A DNA stretch of 64,000 nucleotides, from the NCBI GenBank assembly GCA_976551045.1, contig CDPCPM010000180.1, positions 8,618,001-8,682,000 on the forward strand, written 5' to 3'. Positions 11,481 to 24,714 of this stretch are shown here, one piece after another (within the stretch, counting starts at the first letter, position 1; every line of letters starts with the position of its first letter). This DNA comes from Glaucostegus cemiculus. Taxonomy: Eukaryota. The notes under the pieces are model-generated. The model saw nothing but the letters and a program-made list of their open reading frames with translations. It was not told where the DNA came from and ran no database searches. Both the position numbers and the translations under genes were made by a program.

Positions 11481-14091
11481 ACGCAGGTAATTACCCTCAT
11501 TTTGTAATGTTCTCACAACCACTTCCATTTATTTAACATTTAGATTTGCAAAACATCTTAAAATACTTCACAAGAGTATTATTGAATGAAAATTAATGGC
11601 ACATATGGGGAGCTAGGTAGAAGTCTGATTGAAGTGAGAGGTCTTAAGAAAGAAAGAAGTGGAAAGAGGCTGAGGGCTTCATGGAGGGAATTTCTGTGCT
11701 TGGTATTTGAAGACGGCAACAATCATATAGCCTCTTTCACTCTTCAGAGACATTTTAGACCTCATTCTTTCAGATATTTCTTGCACCCATGATGGTATTT
11801 ACCAAATGCGGATTTCTGGTACACTGCATCCATTTCGATGATGCATCCTGCTTGAAAGATAGTGAGAAGATCAAGATCATCTTTCTCAAGAGCTTCCGCC
11901 AGATGAGTTTGTTCAAGGTTCTGGTGGGTACATAAATAGGACATAAGATACTATTTACCATGTGAGTTAGTGAGCCAGTAGTCCAAAAAGCTGATTATAT
12001 CTCCAAATATGTCCAATCCCTACGTTACTTGTTCAAATTGACAAATCCACACAAACACTTTGTTTAAGGTGCTTATTTGGGAAATAAATAGTCCTGGAGA
12101 GTAAACCTCTTCATATAGTGAAATTTAAAACAACTGAAGAATCACAGCCTTGGAGGTAATTCCACAATGTGCAGCAGAGTTATGGTAAATCAACTTCTAG
12201 TGCAAAGCTGGTTGAAAAGCCTTAACAAAAGAACCATTCACTATTGACTTTAAATGCAAACATTTCCATAATATACACAGTACATTTCACTTTTATATTC
12301 TGAGAGCTTTGTATTTTGATCTTTAGTCATATTCTGCTATTTCCGACAGAATACATTTTCCCCAGTAATATTATTGCAATTTCATCTCCAACTAAATTGC
12401 CTATTTAGAGTAACAGAGCAGTACAGTGCTTTGTTGTAAAAGTAAATTGGCATGCTTTCGTCTGCAAAGCATGCTTAAGTTTTTGCAACCATTGTAATGC
12501 ATGACCCTTATTTTTTGGGTTGGTGATGAAGAAAGTATGTTTATTGCTCAATATGGTGACAGCTACCCACATACTTTTTGAATTCTTTGGAGCAGCAACT
12601 TGCTCTGATCCAACACCACATTCCATGCAACACACTGTGAGAAATGGGACACTTGTGTGCAGGACAATAAACAGTGTGGTTCTTCAACCAATCAGATTGA
12701 AGTATCCTCACATGGCCACATGGAGTCCAAAGAGGGAAGTATAAACTAGGAAAGAAAGTGAAATAAAGAAAGGGAAGGACAGATAGGGTGAAGAGTGATT
12801 GCTAATAGAAACACAGAAGCAAAATAGAAATTATATAGTTTGTTTTAAATTCAAGACCTTTAAGGCTCTTTGGGAGTAATAATCACTTGATCTTGAACAC
12901 ACCAGCCATAGCTTTTTTAGTCACTTTGAGCTGTCAATATGTGGCCAGTTTGCCCAAGTTTAACCTATTGCATTTATTTTAATTGGGAACACTGGTGTTG
13001 ATGATCACATGCAGAGGAGCAGGACATCATTGTGTCTCCCAGACTTTGGTGTTGAACTCCACTGGAAGTTGCAGCCTGTTTTGCCAATAATGAAAGTGAG
13101 CAGTTAGTTTATCAGTGAGCCATTGGACAGCCCATTGTACTGACTTTAAGTTTTCAGCACAGAATACGGTCTGGACTGAATGTAACTTATACAATATAAA
13201 AGAGAGTAAGCTCCGTAAGCGTTTGGAGTTTTCAGTCTTGCTAAGTCCACCATTTTTGGTTAAAAGGTTAAATGCTGATCAAATGCAATTTATTGCTAAG
13301 ATTGATATATACTGAGTGAAAGTAAATCAATATTAAATGTGATTGACCACAAAACAAGAATTCCTAGAAAGTCATCAATATTCATGTAACACAAACTGCA
13401 ATTTCTGGGAATCTGAAATATAAACTGAGAAAGCTTAGTGGTCAGGCAGCTCTTAAGCCAGTGCCACCTATGACTTAGTGAGTAGCATTCTTACAAGTGA
13501 GCTTTTTGGTTCAAGTCTTGCTCTGGAAGCATGGATATTGGTTTTAATTTCTATAAGAAAAAAGTCTTAAGCTGCTTAAGGAAGCAACACGTAAGACAAA
13601 GTTCATGTAGATATTTAACAATTCTTTTTCAGACATACATTGGATGTGGGCATTGCTGTAAAATTAAGTATTTAATGTCCTTCCTTAATTGCCCTTGAGA
13701 AGGTTGGTGAGCCACCTTTTTGAGCTGCAGCAGTCTCAGTGAAGGAATTCCCACTGTTGCTAGGCCGGGAACTCCAGGATTTATACTCAGTGACAATTAA
13801 GATGGTATGTGATTTGGAGAAGAACCCACTGTGGTGGTGATCAAATGTGGTTGATGCTCTTGTCCTTCTTGGTGATAAAGGCTGTGGGTTTGGGAGGTGG
13901 TGTCGCAGTAGTCTGGTTGAGTAATTAATATTTTGGCTGGGGTGCACTATCTTCAACTATTAGTGGTGAACATTCACTGGGACTGCAGTCATCAAATGAG
14001 TATTTCATCAAGTTCCTGTCCCCTCAGGTGCTTTGGACTTCCCACTAACTTGATCTACATCATTAGCTCAGTCAGCAGTAGCCTGTGAAGG

Positions 14092-14309
14092 TATCTTTAT
14101 TAGTCACATGTACATTGAAACACACAGTGCCCATATAGCAACTTCCTAACCGTACATCTTTTGGAATGTGGGAGGCAACTGGAGCACCTGGAGGAAACCC
14201 ACGCAGACACAGGGAGAACTTACAAACTCCTTACAGACAGCGGCTGGAATCGAACCCAGGTCGCTGGTGCTGTAAACCGTTATGCTAACCGTTACACCAC
14301 CGTGCCTGC
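14092..14309 (-). mobile_element. V-SINE, alternative (Rex1/L2-like) tail subfamily, internally deleted
   Basis: V-domain plus tail tatctttattagtcacatgtacattgaaacacacagtg shared with copies at 8128-8220, 22748-23030 and 62791-63094. Confidence 0.8.
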
Positions 14310-16257
14310 TGAAGTCCTAGTCTATGCTCTTCTTACTATCAGTACTTCTTTCAACTGCTGTTCAGTTTGAGCAGCACCATTGAGAAGCATCATCAGAGGG
14401 AGCACAATAGGTAATTAGCAGCTAATTTCCCAGTTCATGTTTGATCTAATGCCATCAGACCTCAGTCCCAAGGCTACTCCCTCACACCCTCACCCTAGCA
14501 TCTACTCTAATGGACATGCCCTACCCGGTCGGTGTAACAGGATTGTAAGGGAAGAATCTAGTGGATTGGCTGCAAGGTGTGAATCTGTGAGAACAACTAA
14601 ATTGGGCTTGATTAGAGACTTCTCTCCAACATAAGAAATCAGTCATTAGTGTATAAATATTTATAGGGGTGATTCTACTGACTTTACCTGGATCAGTAAC
14701 AAATGGTTCACCCATTTTTAATCTTACTCTGTTAATATACAACTGGACTGGATGGTTTAGTCAAACACATTGTTGTCTGACTGGGCCTGGGATTATGTGT
14801 AAACCAGGCTGAATAAAGACATCAGTGAACTAGAAGTAGTTGTAATGGCAATTCAGTGGTTTTCTCTTTAAATTTCAGATTTACTTACTTACACATCTAG
14901 CTTACAAATGCCTGACTTTTGTGCAGCCTGTACATATGAATAAGTGGGAGACCAGCAGGATGGATTTGCTGGATGCTATGGGGCTGCAGGTATCTTCTGC
15001 CGTGTGGGAACTCGGTTCATTGCTGTATTTCTGATGAACAGTTGACAGGAACAGAGCTCTCTCATAACCTGGTGATGGCCTGTATTTGAATTTAAATTCT
15101 CTGACTGGAATGTCGGGATTTGAACTCAAGTGATCAAATATTAGTTCAGGCCCATGCATTACCATTTCAGTAAGTTAACCACCATACCATTGGACCCAGA
15201 GTGACCTGGACAATATTTATGCCTTAAACAAAGCAGATTATATTACTAAAACAAAGCAGATTAGAACATTGCTGTTTGTGGGGCCTTACTGTGAGGAGAT
15301 TTGCTACTTAATTTTCTCCATGATAACACTGACTGCACTGAAAAAAGTTCCTCACTGGCCTAAAGCACTTTAGGACATACTGAAAGGGATGTGAAAGGTG
15401 ATGTTGCAATCCAAGCACCTTCTTTCTTGACCTGTTGACTGTTTCCAGCATTTTCTGTTTTCAGATCCCTTCCTATGTTGTTTAATGTCATTGACCACCA
15501 CCAGAGGGCAGTGAAGTTATAACAACTCAATTGCCAGAAGACTTGCATGCAGAGTTATATGTTTTTAGTGGTTTCACCACGCTGTCAAGAAAGGGATATG
15601 GCTAAATCTTTGTAATGACACTGAAGCTTTTGATGGATCTTCGGACCATGGAATTTAATAATAGCAGAGTCCAATTAAAGAAGGTTTCATTGTGGTTTGT
15701 GGTGAATCAATGCAACTTGTTATCTGATTCCAGTCAGTCTGGAATTAAGCAATGCCTTAAATGTCAAATTTATTTCCCCATTATGCACTTCAGCAATCCC
15801 GAAACCTGTTAAAACAGCATTCAATATTAAAAGCAAGTATAGATAGAAAGGAAGAAAAGTTGCGCAGATTTTCCTACAGACCCAGTTTCATTTTTGAAAA
15901 GTTTTTAGGCATTTCTTTCATGTTTAATCTTATTGCATTCTTAATCCTTTAGGATTGAGCTGTGCCAATTGACTGTTTTTAGCTGTAAGGTTAGTACTTT
16001 TCCCAATGCGTAATTTGGGAATACATGGGACTGCAATTTTCAAGTAGGTATGCAAATACATTCTGTAATGGTGTGATTTCTTCATGTGGTCGGCTCTGTT
16101 TAATCATTAACACATGTACATTTAATTAATTGCCACAGTGGACAGAGGGCGATCATGGTAGTTGCAGTTCAATGCAACATGCTTGTTACTGTCAATGGAT
16201 GATGTTTCTTAAAATAGAGAGGTGAGCTCGGCATGCTTCGCAAGGAAAGCGTGGGGA

Positions 16258-16505
16258 AAGGTGGCACGGTAGCATAGCGGTCAGCATGATGCTATTACAG
16301 CACCAGCAATTGGGGTTCGATTCCCGTTGCTGTCCGTAGGGAGTTTGTACGTTCTCCCATGTCTGCGTGGGTTTCCGCTGGGTGCTCCGGTTTCATCCCA
16401 CATTCTAAAGAGATATGGGTAGGTTAATTTGGGTTTAAAATGGGCAGCATGGACTCGTTGGGCCGGAAGGGCCTGTTACCACGCTGTAAATAAAATAAAA
16501 AAAAT
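16258..16505 (+). mobile_element. tRNA-derived V-SINE (HE1-like), CR1-type tail
   Basis: A-box-like TAGCATAGCGG, B box GGTTCGATTCC, V-domain, and a tail ending in (TAAAA)n. Confidence 0.88.
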
Positions 16506-18089
16506 CTTTAATGCTCAAGGTGCTGCCTGAGGATGAGCAAGGAGGTACACATAATACAAATTTGTAGCAGGTAATCCAAAGACTTGGCTCCTTCCCCAGA
16601 TGTGTGTCCAGCCCTTGTATTATTCATGCCCATTGATAAATCCTTTGTCAATGTGTATTTTATGGAGAGGATGATTTTAGGAAAGTAGACCATTCCACTT
16701 TCTGATATTCAACTTCCAACAGACTTGTCTCCACTCCCATCTGTAGGGCCATGGTTCTTGAGAGTTTCCACAACCTCCGCCAGTCCTGCAAGAGCTCTGT
16801 GCACCTTCGATTCTGACTAGGATTAGTGGCTGTAACTGCAGCAGCCTGCTAACTGAGACACAAGTCGCCTCAATAACTGTTCCACCCTCCAGAAACCAAA
16901 TATCTGGATTTTGCAGAGAGCAAACTTGCGCTGTGTCCCATGACAAGAACAAGAGTGGAACTCAAACTGCTCACATCCCCTCTGCCACTTGGGATCTGAA
17001 AAATAAGTAAAGTTGTCACTGAAGTCAGGTTTGGAGACATTGGTCTCCAAATCTTGGGTCATGGTTAGGGGATTCCTAACCAGCATTTGTAGGTACATTG
17101 GGTGAGGTGTGAGGTAACTGGGCTTCTGTAACTCTGCATCTCCCACAACACTTAATAAAGGTTTCAGAACTCTGCACTTCTAACATAAGTAGCAAAAATC
17201 TGTATTTTTACCTTTCAATACATTGTTCCACATTGGATTTAATGGCTGTAATATTTGATTTTAATTCTGGTTCATTTTTCTGCTCAGCTTTACTTTTGCA
17301 TCGCACTTATTGGGATGGTAGAGGATGTACTCTGCCAACGTTCTGAAGATTCCTGGATTGTTCAGAATCCTTAGAAATAAATGCTGAAAAGGCATTCTGC
17401 TAGAATGAAGAAGGGTGGGAGGAGGAAGAGGCTTTTGTCTATCTAAATGTTTCCAACCTCAAATGAGAATGATCAACAAACATCCTATCTCTGATATGTA
17501 CTTCAAAATGTGCACATTTTCAAATCATAAGAACTATACATATTATTCTTTGATCCCTTCATCTCCTTTAACTACAAGATTATGTTGTTGCAGTATAATA
17601 AAGAGACATAACCATAGCAGATAGTTGCAGATCTGATGTAATGACTTAAAAAGAGTTTGGTTAATCAAAGGAAACTGAAATAATGCTAGCTCTCCTTATT
17701 CTACATTAATAAATAAACATCAAGGCCCTGAAGTTCTAAGGAAACTCTAACAATCTCCAAACATATCAAGTGAGAGACTGCCAGAAAGTTCAGCAAAATA
17801 GCAGGATGACAGTAATTGCCTGTCAATAGCAAGTTAGATTGCCTCAAGTCCTGTTCACCAAAAACCCCTATCTTCGCTAACCGACACTGACTCCCTGAAA
17901 GGCAATATGCCTAGTTTAAAACTCTGAACTTGTTTTCAAAGCCCTCTATTCCCTTTCTATTTTTGCAGTCCAAAAGAGATTTACCAGGCTAATTCCTGGT
18001 ATGAGAGGGTTGTCCTGACAAGAGGGGCCAGACAGCTTGAGTCTGTATTCTTTGTAGTTAAGAAGAATGAGGGTGCCCTTATTCAAACA

Positions 18090-20699
18090 GCAAGGGGCAA
18101 GCAAATAAGCACGGTGGGATTGATGGGTTCATTTCAACACTAGGAGTAATATGGGCAAGGAGGTTGAATGTAGAGTTTGGATCAGTACATGGAATTACTA
18201 TGTTGTTGCCATTACAGAGACCTGGATGTGTGAGGGACAGGTCTGGCAGATGATTTAGATGAGATAGAGAGGGGGTGAAAGAGGTGGAGGGGTTGCCCTA
18301 TTGATAGGGAGATGTCACAGCAGTACCCAGAGAGGACACACTGGAGGGCTCATCCACAGAGACAATTTGGGTGGAGCTCAAAAATAAGAAAGGTGCAGTT
18401 ACATTTGATGGGATTATACTACAGGCACCCCCCCCCAATAGCTACTGAGAGGTGGAGAAACAGGTATATAGACAGATTATGGAAAGATGAATAAACAACA
18501 GGGTTGTCATAGTGGGGGACTTTAACTCCCTCAGTATTGACTGGAACTTACTTAATGCAAAAAGCTTGGGATTTCTTCGGTGCATCCAAGAGGGGGTTCT
18601 TGAAACAGTACATGGAGAGTCCAACTAGAGGAGAGAACATACTGGATCTGGTTTTGGGAAATGATCCAGGCCAGATGACAGACCTGTCAGTAGGTGAACA
18701 TTTTGAGAATAGTGACCACGATTCATTATGCTTTAAGATAGTTATGAGTAAGGATAAAATTGGATCTTCCAAGAATGTACTAAATTGGGGGAGGGAAAAT
18801 TATGACAGGATAAGGCAGGAGCTAAGGGGCGTTGACTGGGAACAGCTGCTGTCGGACAGTCCACTTCTGACAATGTAGGAGTTGTTTAAAGACCAGCTGA
18901 TCAGAGTGCAGGATCAGCATGTTCCAGTAAGGAGTGAGGACAAGGATGGCAAGGTAAGAGAACATTGGATGAACTGAGAGGTCCTAAGTTTAGTCGGGAA
19001 GAAAAAGGAAGCATACATAAGGTTTAGGAAGCTAAAATCAAACAGGGCTCTTGTGGAATATAAAACTAGCAAGAAAGTGCTCAAGCAGTTAATTAGGAAG
19101 GCCAGAAGGGGCCATGAAATGCTCTCAGTGGGTAGGATCAAGGAGAATCCCAAGGCATTTTATACTTAAATAAAGAAAAAGAGGATACTAAGGAGAGGGA
19201 GGTACACTCAAGGATAAAGTGCTTGGAGTCAGAGCAGGTGGCTAAGGTGCTAAATAAGTAATTTGTGTCAGTATTTACCGAGAAGAAGGAATTGGAAGAT
19301 AGGGAAAACAGAGTGGGGCATGGTAATGTGCTGAGATATTTTGAGATTAAGCAGGAGTTAGTGCCTGGTCTTCTGAAAAGCATTAAAGTGGATAAGTCCT
19401 CAGGGCCTAATGGCATATATCTCAGAATATTGAAAGAAGGAAGTCAGGAGATTGCTGGAGCTTTGACAAGGATCTTTGTGTCCTCACTAGCAACAGATGA
19501 GGTCCTGGAGGACCGGAGTGTAGCAAACATTGTGCCTTTTTTCAGGAAGGGAAATAGGGATAATCCAGGTAATTAGAGGCCAGTGAACTTCACGTCAGTC
19601 GTAGGGAAGCTATTGGAGAGGATACTTGAGGGAGAGGATTTATGTGCATTTGGAAAGATGTGGCCTGCTTAGGGGCAGTCAGCATGGCTTTGTGCAGGGC
19701 AGGTCATGTCTTACAAACTTGATTGAGTTTCTTGATGAGGCGACAAAGGTGCTTGATGAAGATAAAGCAGTAGATGTTATCTATGTGGACCTTAGTAAGG
19801 CATTTGATAGGGACAATCATGCTTGCCTTCATTGGTAGGGGTGTTGAGTATTAGAGTAAGGAAGTCATGCTGCATCTGTGTAAAACTTCAGTCAGACTAC
19901 ACTTCCAGCATTGTGCGCAGTTTAAATTAAATTTTAAATTTTATTTACAGCCTGGTAACAGGCCCTTTCGGCCCAACGAGTCCACGCCGCCCCATTTTAA
20001 ACCCCCAAATTAACCTACCCGTATGTCTTTTATAATGTGGGAGGAAACCGGAGCACCCGGAGGAAACCCACGCAGACACGGGAGAACGTACAAACTCCTT
20101 ACAGTCAGCGACGGGAATCGAATCCCGATAGCTGGCGCTGTGACAGCATCGCGCTAACCGCTACGCTATCGCCCTTTAGAAGAATGATGTGGAAACTGTG
20201 GAGAGGGTGCAGAAGAGGTTCACCAGGATGCTGCCAGGATTAGAGGGCATGAGCTATAAGGAAAGGTTGGACAAACTTGGGTTGCTCTCCCTAGAGCATC
20301 GGAGGCTGAGGGGAGACCTGATAGAGGTTTTTAAAATTATGAGATACATAGATAGGGTAGACAGTCAGAATCTTTCCCCCAGGGTAGAAACGCCAAACAC
20401 CAGAGGACATGTTTGTAAGGTTATGTGGAGGCGGAAGGAGTTTAAAGGCAACATGAGAGGCAAGATTTTTACGCAGGGTAGTGGTAGATGCCTGGAATGG
20501 GTTACCAGGGGTAAAAGTGGAATCAGGCGTTTGATAGAGTTTATGGGGCTTTTAGATAGACGCATGAATATGAAGGGAATGGAGGGATATGGATGGTATG
20601 CAGGAAGAGGACATTTGGTATAAATTGGCATCAAGATCGGCACAGATTGGCATCAAGAATGGCCTGTATCGTACAGTACCATTCCATGTTTTATGTTCT
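18090..20699 (+). mobile_element. Degenerate CR1 LINE (APE-RT ORF2 remnants), internally deleted
   Basis: Fragments ITETW, GDFN, ILDLVLGNDPGQ, SDH, QHGFVQGRSCLTNLIEF, YVDLSKAFD, RVQKRFTRMLPGL. Several stops and frameshifts; the FADD region is missing (jump at ~19812); ttatgttcta tail. Confidence 0.9.
19922..20174 (-). mobile_element. V-SINE (young, CpG-rich) nested in CR1
   Basis: Near-identical to copies at 25779-26034, 43710-43972 and 52662-52912; AT-rich tail tttaaattaaattttaaatttt. Confidence 0.9.
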
Positions 20700-22747
20700 A
20701 AACATGTAAGGTCCTAAGGGGGTTTGACAGGGTAAATGTAGAGATGTTTCCAGCAGTGGGAGAGTCACAAACAAACCATGAAATAAGGAGCCAATTGTTT
20801 AAAACTGAGGTGCGAAGTAATTTATTCTTTCAGAGAACCTCTGGAATTCTCTGGCCCCGAGGGCAGTGAAGGCCAGGTCATTAGAAATATTTTAGGATGC
20901 AGAAAGATAAATACTTGAAAGACTGAGAAACTGAGTGTTATGGGGAACTGGGACAGAAGAGGAGTTGAGGCTAGCGGGGCATGCTTCAGGGGCCGAGGGG
21001 CTGAGGGGCCGAGGGGCCTACTCCTGCTGCTATTTTCTCAGGATCTTGTAACCTCCTCCTGCCCTAAAATCCCCATATTTTCATTCTTCTAATCCTGGGG
21101 CTCTGTGGATTTTAGGTGTTTCATCGTCGGGAGCTGACCTTCAGCTGCCATCAAGTCAAGTCCAGTTTATTGTCACGTGCACAGTACGGTGAGGCACAGG
21201 TACAATGAAAAACTTGCTTGCAGCAGCATCACGGGCACCAGGCATGTAGATTCAGACAATAACACACAGAACATAAATTATACAAGACAGTGAAGAAAAA
21301 GTCTGTGCAAAAAAAGACATTAGTGCAAAGAAACACAATCAGAAACAAGTCCATGGTAGTGTAAGAGGCAGTCCATAATTGCTGAGGTAAGATTAGGGTT
21401 GTGCATCACCTTAGCCTCTGAAATTCCCTTTCTAAACCTTTTTACTTCTCTATATACATCTTTTTTAAGGCCCTCATTTGTCTTGGTCTTTTCACTCGCC
21501 TAATTTATACTTCTGTTTGATAGAAGCACTTGTGAAGCAACATGCGAATGGTGCTATATAAATGCAGGTTGTTGATGTTGAAATGTAATTGTACTGAAAT
21601 GCTGTTGTTACAGATTAACCCTTCTGTTTAATGAAAGTGACACATAAAAGATTTGAGGTAAGGGTCAGGGACCATGAAGTCAGGGACCAAGTGACAGAAA
21701 CAGCTTGATAGCTGGCTACAATTCAGAATACTTAGTGCATGAGTTGAAAAAACAGCAAAAGTGATGTTCCTTGTGAATCCGCACTGGAGCAAGGGTCGTT
21801 TACTTTTGACTTAGAAAACACAGCTTTGGTGTCAGAATTTGCAGATCTCTCCAAAGTGGCTGGCAAAGGAATGCATCAAAATACAGAAAAACATAAACTG
21901 ATTTATGAAGTGGGTGCTAAACAGCAAATGAAATTCAATATTGCAAAATGTGAAGTGATTTAATTTGGCAGTGAAAGGAGAAATGAAACATTTATTCTGT
22001 GGGTTCAAGAAACAAAGAGACTTGGGAATGTAGATATATCAATTGCAAAATTAAGCCAGATAACCTGATAATGCCATGAACAGTACCAAGCATCTGAAAG
22101 AAAGCAAAAACTTTCATTTACATAAAACTTGTCACATCCCTTTCAGGAATTTCCAATATACTCTTCAGCCAATAAAATTAATATTAAGGCTTAGTTCCTG
22201 TTCCAATATAATAGTTAAGTTCCATGATCAGATAGCAATTAGATAATTGGTTTTAGTTCTATTGATTGAATAATCTTGAGGTTAATTCTTGTTTAGCACC
22301 ATTGGACATTGTATGTCCCCTTAAGAGTTTACTGTCCCATCCAAAAGACAGGACCTTCAACAGTTTTGTGTTGAAGTACCAGCAAAGAATTTTGTTCTCA
22401 AATATCTGGAGTGGAACTTGAACCCACAATGTATTGAGTTAGACGTAACTTTGCTTCCAATTTAGCCACAGCTGATAACAGGCTAGTCACTAGGAGAAAA
22501 GAATACAGGGTCAGGCAGGCAATACCAAATTTATAAAGAAGAATCGTGCACAACGTTTCTTGTGAAAATGCATTTGAGGGTCTCATGAATGTCATGAGAG
22601 CTCTTTGCAATTGTTAGTTCAACTGCGCTTCATTGTTAAATGGGCTAATGGAGTTCAGTGGAGTGCTGACTTGCTGCAGTTTCTTGTTAGGTGCATTGCC
22701 TCTTTATCAACTCCATTAATTTCAATGCAGAGGCACAGCTTCCAGGA

Positions 22748-23030
22748 AGATAAGATATTTTTATTAGTCACATGTACATCAAAACACGCAGCAGAGTGTT
22801 CTGGGGGCATCCCACAAGTGTCGCCATGCTTCTGGCGCCAACATAGCATGTCCACAACTTCCTAACCCATACATCTTTGGAATGTGGGAGGAAAAATGGA
22901 GCACCCAGAGGAAACCCACACAGCCACAGAGAGAACGTACAACCTCCTTACAGACAGCAGCCGGAATTGAACCTGGGTTGCTGGCACTGTAATAGCATTA
23001 CACTAACCGCTACACTACTGTGCCTGCCCT
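22748..23030 (-). mobile_element. V-SINE, alternative-tail subfamily
   Basis: agataagatattttattagtcacatgtacatc...gtgttctgggggcatcccacaagtgtcgccatgcttctggcgcc tail joined to the V-domain and tRNA-like head. Confidence 0.85.
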
Positions 23031-23419
23031 CTACACTACCATGTAAAGGGTAATCCTTACACCATGTGAGGGGTGCCTTGGAGGTAAATTTACATTATTT
23101 TGAATTGCATGCATTTAATTTGAATTTGCTAAATTTCATTGTTCTCAAGTGTTCTCCTGCTTTAATTGTTTAATTATTTTTATTATTTAAATTTAATTTT
23201 AAACTATTTTAATAGTATGATTAATATTTAATAACCTTTGACTATTTGATAATGTCAGTGACAGCTCTGACTGCTGGTGATTTTACCAGCTGTCATGGCA
23301 TTTCTGGGGAGGGGCTTCACTTTTGTCACAAGGCTTTGTGCTGTGCAGAGCAACTGGATCAGGAGCTGGCTCCTGGGACAAAGTTGACGCTGGAGTTATG
23401 TAAAGGCAGGAGTGACAGA

Positions 23420-23785
23420 GACAGGGAAGTCTGGAGGTTAAGCGGGGGAATGATTGAGGTACATAAAATTATGAGAGATAGATTGCAGGAAACCTTTCCC
23501 TGTACCTGAGGTAGATAGAACTAGAGGTCATAGAGATTTCCGAAGGGATATGAGGTGAGCTTTTTCAGCCAGAGAATAGTGATTATCTGGAACGCACTGC
23601 CTGAGAGATTGGCAGAAGCAGAGTTGCTGATGGCATTTAAGAAGTGTCTAGATGAGCACTTGAATCACCTAGACATAGATGGTTACTTCAAGTACTGGAA
23701 CATGGGATAATTACAAATGGGTTGTCAATGGTTGGCATGGATGTTGTGGACTGAATGGCCCGTTTCCATACTACATGACTCTGTG
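23420..23785 (+). mobile_element. CR1 3' fragment (old)
   Basis: ggaggttaagcgggggaatgattgaggtacataaaattatgaga...actagaggtcat...tttttcagccagaga...ctggaacgcactgcctgag. Confidence 0.7.
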
Positions 23786-24564
23786 GCAGAGACATCCTGT
23801 GGAGTGAAGACCATTTGCTCTGCAGCAACAATATAAAAACCCACTGCACTGTGTGGAGTAATAGCCTCTATACCAGATATTGGAGTACTGGAGAAAGAGC
23901 AGGAGAAGATTTGCAAAGATGATACCAAACATGAGAAGATGCAACAATCAAAAAACGTTGAATGAACTGGGGATCATTTAAATGGAAGAGAAAAGGCTAA
24001 GAGGTGATGTGATAGACAGTTGTTTTTACATTTCCAATTATGAGTATGTAAATTCAAGACAGTTAACAACAAATCAGGAAAAGAATTTCAGAGGAATTTC
24101 TTTACCAAGAGAATGCTTGACTTGCTGTGTAATGGAATGACTGATCCATTGAAGGAGGTGTTTGATGTTTAGTTATGGTGAAAGGGAACAGAGCATTGTA
24201 AGGTGCAGGGGTGAAAGAGGTCTTTCATTGTTGGGGGAATCTTGTGTAAAGTATTAACACCAGCATTGGCCAATTTCTCTGCTGCTGGTTTTATCTGAAT
24301 TATAGGATTATTATATAGAATTACAGAATTCAAAAGAAAATTATTGAAACACATAACCCACTAGTTTGTGGTTGCTAATATCAATCACGGCTTATATTTC
24401 AGATTTAAATTTAAATCCCCTCTCAATGAAAGGATTGTGTCATTTGTCAACATCTCTGTATTAGCAGCCCAGTAATATAACCACTCTACTACCATCCCCC
24501 TCCCTGGCAGCTCACTTTATAAGTGCAGGAGTAATGTTCTTCTCTTTCTGTCTCTCTTCATTAC

Positions 24565-24714
24565 CTTAGCATTCCACATCAAGTAGAATTTGAAGACACC
24601 CATACGGCAACCACATTGAACTGTTTTGTATCCCATGACATAGGATATATCAAATGGTCTATCATTCTGAAACAGGTATTTGGCACACATTTTATTGAAG
24701 TTCAAGCATATTCC
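24565..24714 (-). pseudogene. gad3: GAD pseudo-exon equivalent to GAD1 exon 14 (150 bp, open but diverged)
   Basis: cag|GICLNFNKMCAKYLFQNDRPFDISYVMGYKTVQCGCRMGVFKFYLMWNAK|gtaatg versus GAD1 [50 protein letters not shown]. Confidence 0.93.

Larger units (their letters stand above)
17966..21050 (+). mobile_element. Old CR1 3' fragment split by a younger CR1 (pieces 17966-18089 and 20700-21050)
   Basis: The two pieces join as ...cttattcaaaca|tgtaaggtcctaagg..., collinear with the uninterrupted same-family copy near 54100-54140 (ttcattcaaaaatataagattctaaggggg). Confidence 0.75.

Noticed and set aside
12505-12605. Possible remnant of the last GAD exon (VAAPKNSKSMW...FFITNP vs VAPKIK...FFRMVISNP)
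   Set aside because: Needs two large gaps, has no good acceptor and no match to the DIDFLIEEI tail; not distinguishable from chance by eye.
16258-16330. tRNA gene suggested by A/B boxes
   Set aside because: It is the head of a multi-copy V-SINE; no complete cloverleaf evident.
17211-17390. Minus-strand segment with AG and GTAAAA boundaries
   Set aside because: Stops in all three frames and no recognisable homology.
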